A stretch of 64,000 nucleotides of DNA from Heterodontus francisci (taxonomy: Eukaryota). A program made the position numbers and the translations under genes. Under the pieces are notes generated by a model, which saw only the letters and a program-made list of their open reading frames with translations, was not told the DNA's origin and did no database searches. How positions within the stretch are numbered: the first letter of the stretch is position 1; every line of letters starts with the position of its first letter. The stretch covers positions 18,705,803-18,769,802 of the forward strand of contig NC_090385.1 in assembly GCF_036365525.1 (NCBI RefSeq), in the 5' to 3' direction. Below, one piece after another: positions 57,985 to 64,000 of this stretch.

Positions 57985-60900
57985 TTACGAATTAGGAGCA
58001 GGAGTAGGCCACTCGGCCCCTCGAGCCTGCTCCGCCATTCAATAATTTCATGGCTGAACTGATTACTCCACATTCCCGCCTTTCGCCCCCTTGCTGATCA
58101 AGAATCTATCTACCTCTGCCTTAAAAATATTCAAAGACTCTACTTCCACTGGCTTTTGAGGAAGAGAGTTCCAAAGACTCACTGCCCTCAGAAAAAATTT
58201 CTCCTCATCTCGGTCTTAAATGGGAGATCCCTTATTATTAAACAGTGACCCCTAGTTCTAGATTCTCCCACAAAAAGAAACATCCTTTCCACAACCACCC
58301 TGACAAGAACCTCAGGATCTTATATGTTTCAGTCAAGTTGCCTCTTACTCTTCTAAATTCCAGCGGATACAAGCCGAGCCTATCCAATCTTTCCTCATAA
58401 GACAGCCCGCCCATTCCAGGTATTAGTCTAGTAAACCTTCTCTGGACTGCTACCAACGCATTTATATCCTTCCTTAAATAAGGAGACCAGTACTGTACAC
58501 AGTACTCCAGATGTGGTCGCAACAATGCCCTGTATAGCTGAAGCATAACCTCCCTGCTTTTGTATTCAATTCCCCATGTAATGACCAATAATATTCTAAT
58601 AGCTTTCCTAATTACATGTTGTACCTGCATACTAATCTTTTGCAATTCATGCACTAGAACTCAGATCCCTCTGTATCTCAGCTCTGCAATCTCTCACCAT
58701 CTAGAGAATATGCTTATTTTTTATTCTTCCTGCCAAAATGGACAATTACACATTTTTTCACATTATACTCCATTTGCCAGATCTTTGCCCACTCACTTAA
58801 CCTATCTATATCCCTTTGTAGCCTCCTTACACCTTCTTCAAAACCACAAACTTAATTTCCTACCTATCTTTGTGTCATCAGCAAATTTAGCAACCATACC
58901 TTCAGTCCCTTCATCTAAATCGTTTATATAAATCGTAAAAAGTTGAGGCCCCAGCACTGATCCCTGTGGCACACCACTCGTTACATCTTGCCATCCAGAA
59001 AATGATCCATTTATGCCTATTCTCTGTTTTCTGTTAGCTAGCCAATCTTCTACCCATGCAAATATTTTACTCCTTCCACCATGAGCTTTTATTTTTTGCA
59101 ATAACCTTTGATGTGGCACCTTATCGAATGCCTTTCGGAAATCTAAGTACAATACCCCCACCGGTTCACTTTCATCCACAGCACGTACAACTCCCTCAAA
59201 GAACTCCAATAAATTGATTAAACGTGATTTCCGTTTCACAAGTTGACTCTGCCTGATTACCTTGAAATTTTCTAAGTGGCCTGCTATACCATCTTTAATA
59301 ATAGCTTCTAACATTTTCCCTAAGACAGATGCTAACTGGCCTGCAGTTTCCTGCTTTCTGTCTCCTCCCTTTTTGAATAAACTCATTTACTATTTTCCAA
59401 TCTAATGAAACATCCCCCGAATCTAGGGAATTTTGAAAAATTAAGACCAATGTATCAACTATCTCACTAGCTACTTCTTTTAAGACCCTAGGATGAAGTC
59501 CATCAGGACTCTGGGACTTGTCAGCCTGCAGCTCCAACAATTTGTTCAGTATCACTCTCTGGTGATTGTAATTTTCTTGAGTTCCTCCCTCCCTTCCATT
59601 TCCTGACTTACAGCTAATACTCGGAGGTTACTTGTATCCTCTATAGTGAAGAACGATGCAAAATACCTGTTCAATTCATCTATCATCTCCTTTATTATCC
59701 ATTATTAATTCCCCAGACTCACTTTCTATCGGACCAACATTCACTTTGTTAACTTTTATTTCTTAAATATCTATAGAAACTCTTGCTATCTGTCTTTATA
59801 TTTATAGCGAGCTGTCCCTCGTACTCTAATTTTTCCTTCCTTATCAATCTTTTAGTCATTCTTTGCTGTTTTTTTTATATTCTTTTCCAATCTTTTGACC
59901 TGCCACCCATCTTTGTGCAATTATACGCTTTTTTTGTTACGTTTGATACTATCTGTAACTTGTTTAGTTAACCACGGATGGCAGGTCCTCCCCTTGGAAC
60001 TTTTCTTTCTTGTTGGAACGTATCTATTCTGTGTATTCTGAAATATCCCCATAAAATGTCTGCCACTGCATCTCTATTGACCGATCCCCTAACCTAATTC
60101 GCCAGTTCACTTTAGCTAGCTCTGCTTTCATGCCCTCAATTTCCCTTATTTAAATTTAAAATACTAGTCTTGGACCCACTCTTCTCTCCCTCAAACTGAA
60201 TTTTACATTCAATCATATTATGATCGTGACTACCTAGGGGTGCCTTAACTAGGAGGTCATTAATTAATCCTATCTCATTGCATAATACCAGGTCAAGGAT
60301 AGCCTGCTTTCTGGTTGGCTCCAGAACTTACTGTCCCAAGAAATGATCCCAAAAACATTGTGTACTCCTCATCTAGGCGACCTCTGCCCATCTGATTTTT
60401 CCAGTTTCTATGCAGGTTAAAATCCCCTGATTATCACTGTACCTTTCTGACAAGCTGCCATTACTTTTTCCTTTATACCCCATCCTACAGTGTGGTTAAT
60501 GTTAGGTGGCCCGTACACCACTCCCACAAGTGACTTCTTGCCTTTTATGATTTCTCATCTCTACCCAAACTGCTTCTACATCCTGGTTTCCTGAACTTAG
60601 GTCATCCCTCTCTATTGCGCCAATGCCATCATTAATTAACAGAGCTACCCCTCCACCTTTTCCTCACTTCCTATTCTTCCTAAATGCCATGTACCCTTCA
60701 ATATTCAGGTCTCAATCTATGTCATCCTGCAGCTATGTCTCTGTAATGGCTATCAGATCGTACTCATTTATTTCTATTTGCGCTCTCAATTCATCTGTTT
60801 TGTTTCGAATGCTATGTGCATTCATATACACAGCCTTTAGTTTTGTCCTTTTATTATTTTTGTAACCTCTAGCCTTATCTGTTGATTTACTCTTAGATTT

Positions 60901-61075
60901 GTACGCTCTGTCCCTTCCTGTCATAGTCTGTTTATCATTTCCCATATTAACACATTTCTCTCGCCTTGTCTCTAACTCCTTTATTTACCATATCTTCCCC
61001 AATTTGATCCCTTGTCCCCACTATTTAGTTTAAAACCCTCTCTACTTCCCTAGTTATGCGGCTCACTGAAGGTAC
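57985..61075 (-). mobile_element. CR1 LINE, whole ORF2 span, decayed
   Basis: MNAHSIRNK...[44 protein letters not shown]. Confidence 0.93.
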
Positions 61076-61139
61076 TGTGTCCATTGGTGGAGCGATTAAA
61101 ACGGGACTGCACAAGCAGCCAGAATTGAAGGAGCACGGA

Positions 61140-62255
61140 TATAGAGTCATAGAGTTTTACAGTACAGAAACAGGCTCTTTGGCCCGACGTGCCTGCGCCG
61201 ACCATCAAGCACCCGTCCAAACTAATCCCATTTCCCTGCACTTGGCCCGTAGCCTTGTCTGTATGGCATTTCAAGTGCTCATCTAAATACTTAAATGTTG
61301 TGAGTATTCCTGCCTCTACCACCCCTTCAGGCAATGTGTTCCAGATTCCAACCACCCTCTGGATGAAAAAACTTTTCCTCAAATCCCCTCTAAACCTCCT
61401 GCCCCGTACCTTAAATCTATGCCCCCTGGTTATTGACCTCTCCGCTAAGGGAAAAAGTTTCTTCCTATCTATCCTATCAATGCTCCTCATAATTTTGTAT
61501 ACTTCAATCAGGTTCCCCCTCAGCCTTCTCTGCTCTAAGGAAAACAACCTTAGCCTATCCAGTCTCTCTTCATAGCTGAAATGCTCCAGTACAGGCAACA
61601 TCCTGGTGAATCTCCTCAGCACCCTCTCCATTGCAGTCACGTCTTTCCTATAGTGTGGTGACCAGAACTGTACACAGTACTCCAGCTGTGGCCTAACCAG
61701 CATTTTATACAGCTCCATCATAACTTCCCTGCTCTTACATTCTGTGCCTCTGCTAATAAAGGCGAGTATCCCACATGCCTTCCTAACCACCTTATGTGCT
61801 GCTGTCTTCAGTGATCTATGGACAAGCACCCCAAGGTCCCTCTGACCCTCTGTACTCCCTATGGTCCTACCATCCATTGTATATTCCCTTTACTGGTTAG
61901 ACCTCCCAAAGTGCATCACCTCACACTTCTCAGGATTAAACTCCATTTGCCACAGTTCCGCCCATCTTACCAGCCCATCTATATCATCCTGTAATCAAAG
62001 GCTTTCCTCCTCACTATTTACGACACCACCAATTTTCGTGTTGTCTGCGAATTTATCATACCTCCTATATTCACGTCTAAATCATTAATGTACACTACAA
62101 ACCGTAAGGGTCCCAGCACCGATCCCTGCGGTACCCCACTGGTCACAGGCCTCCATTCGCAAAAACAACCCCTGACCATCACCCTCTGCTTCCAATTTTG
62201 AATCCAATTTGCCAAATTACCCTGGATTCCATGGGCTCTTACTTTCTTAACCAAT
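61140..62255 (-). mobile_element. CR1 3' third
   Basis: 275-aa ORF (RT C-terminus) and [10 protein letters not shown]. Confidence 0.92.
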
Positions 62256-62972
62256 CTCGGAGGATTGTATGGCTGGGGGAAGTTTACAGTGATGGGGAGG
62301 GGCAAAGCCATGGAAGATTTCAAACAACAGTGTGAATTTTAAAATTGAGGTGTGGCTGGACCAGGAGCTAATGTAGGTCAGTGAGCACCAGGGTGATGGG
62401 TGAAGTGGACTTGGGGAGAGTTAGGATACTGGCAGCAACATGTTGAATGAGTTCAAGTTTATGGAGGGTGGAAGATGGGAGGCCAGCCAGGAGAGTGTTG
62501 GAATAGTCAAGTCTCTATAGTAATAGAGAGATACAGCACTGAAACAGCCCGTCGGCCCAACGAGTCTGCGCTGACCATCAGCCACCCATTTATACTAATC
62601 CTACTTTAATCCCATTTTTTCCCTCTCACATCCCCACCTTCCTTCAATTTTCCTACCACTTACCTACACTAGGGGCAATTTTTACAATGGCCAATTTACC
62701 TATCAACCCGCAAGTCTTTGGCATGTCTCGATGTAACAAAGACACGAATGAAGGTTTCAGCAGCAGATGAGCTGAAGCAGGGGCAGAGTCGGCTGATGCT
62801 ACGGAGTTGAAAATAGGTGGTCTTAGTAGTGGAACAGATATGTGATCGGAAACTCATCTTGGGGTCAAATACGACACCAAGATTCAGCCTCAAACGATTG
62901 CCAGGGATAGGGGTAGACTTGGTGGCTAGGGAATGGAGTGTCTGGAACAATGCCGCTTGATCCCTTTTGTGG
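62256..62972 (-). mobile_element. L2 fragment interrupted by an HE1 SINE (~62522-62725, -)
   Basis: NLGVVFDPKMSF...ETFIRVFVTSR; the HE1 3' half is the reverse complement of 27830-28030. Confidence 0.8.
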
Positions 62973-63169
62973 AGACCAGAGTGGTGCACTGCACACCAGG
63001 TGTGGTCTAAAAGAAGTTCTATATGTTTAACATGACTTCCCTGCTTTTCCGTTCTGCCCTTCCAGAAATGAATCCTAGTGCTTGGTTTGCTTTATTATTG
63101 TGGCCTTTATTAACCTGCATCACTACTTTTAGTGGTTATGTATTGGTACCACCAGTTTGCTCAGTTTTT

Positions 63170-64000
63170 TCCTGATTGACCATAATAGCTTATGCCTGCA
63201 AGCAGTAAGACATGGGCAGCATTCAGGCTTGGGCTGATAAGTGGCATGAGTGTTCCTTGCCACACAAATGCCAGGCAATCGCCATCTCCAACAAGAGAGA
63301 ATCTAACCATCTCCCCTTTAATATTCAATAGCATCATCATCACTGAATCCCCTGCCGTCAGCATCCTGTGGGTAACCATTGACCAGGAACTTAACTGGAC
63401 CAGCCATGTAAATACAGTAGCTACAAGAGCTGGTCAGAGGCTGGGAATTCCGCTGCAATTAACTCACTTCCTGTCTCCCTAAAGCCCGTCAGCCATCTAC
63501 AAGGCAAAAGTCAGGAGTGTAATGGAATACTCTCCACTTACCTGAATGAGTACAGCTCCAACAACGCTCAAGAAGCTCAACACCATTCAGGGCAAAGCAG
63601 CCCGCTAGATCGGCACCACATCCACCGCCTTAAACATTCATTTTCTCCTCTACTGGTACACAGTGGCAGCAGATGCTACAAGATGCATTGCAGCCATGGC
63701 TCCTTCAACAGCACCTTCCAAACCCAGGAACTCTACCACCTAGAAGAACATGGCTGCAGATGTATGCAAATGCCACCACCTGCAAGTTCCTCTCCTAGCC
63801 TGACATCATCCTGACTTGGAATTATATCACTGTTCCTTCCTGTTGCTGGATCAAAATCCTGGAACTCCCCACCACCCTCCTCCCCCCCCCCCAAGCAGCA
63901 CTGTGGGTGTACCTACACACATGGACTGCAGTGATTGAAGAGAACAGCTCACCACCACCTTCTCGATGACAATTAGGGATGGCCAATAAATTTTGGCCTT
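63170..64000 (+). mobile_element. Second CR1-like family, 3' part
   Basis: ILWVTIDQELNWTSHVNTVATRAGQRLGI...YKAKVRSVMEYS; tail shared with 18475-18720. Confidence 0.82.

Noticed and set aside
1-64000. CRISPR arrays, operons or prokaryote-type defence/retron systems
   Set aside because: The sequence is spliced vertebrate DNA; all RT-like ORFs belong to CR1, L2 or RTE retrotransposons, and I saw no regularly spaced repeat array.

Overview
This is vertebrate nuclear DNA, almost certainly from a cartilaginous fish, judged by HE1/V-SINE, Deu-domain SINE, CR1, L2, RTE, Tx1 and Penelope repeats. It is orthologous to the human Xq24 block and holds three host genes. A single-exon Sosondowah ankyrin gene (SOWAHD by synteny) lies at 2087-3259 (+). 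A complete 10-coding-exon UPF3B (463 aa) lies at 27400-42804 (-). The first coding exon of NDUFA1 lies at 43143-43244 (+), head-to-head with UPF3B across a 338-bp CpG-rich interval. I found neither RPL39 nor RNF113A, which sit in this block in human. The rest is mostly decayed retroelements, and NDUFA1 intron 1 (>20 kb) is a nested CR1/L2 pile. The most notable non-gene signals are three minimal hammerhead-ribozyme motifs in Penelope terminal repeats (one sense within UPF3B intron 2), a 119-bp direct repeat flanking an RTE, a perfect 45-bp inverted templated insertion inside a CR1, and inverted Deu-SINEs bracketing the bidirectional promoter. I see no evidence for a wholly new multi-gene system. 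Repeat boundaries are approximate and repeat family names come from recognition, not a database search.
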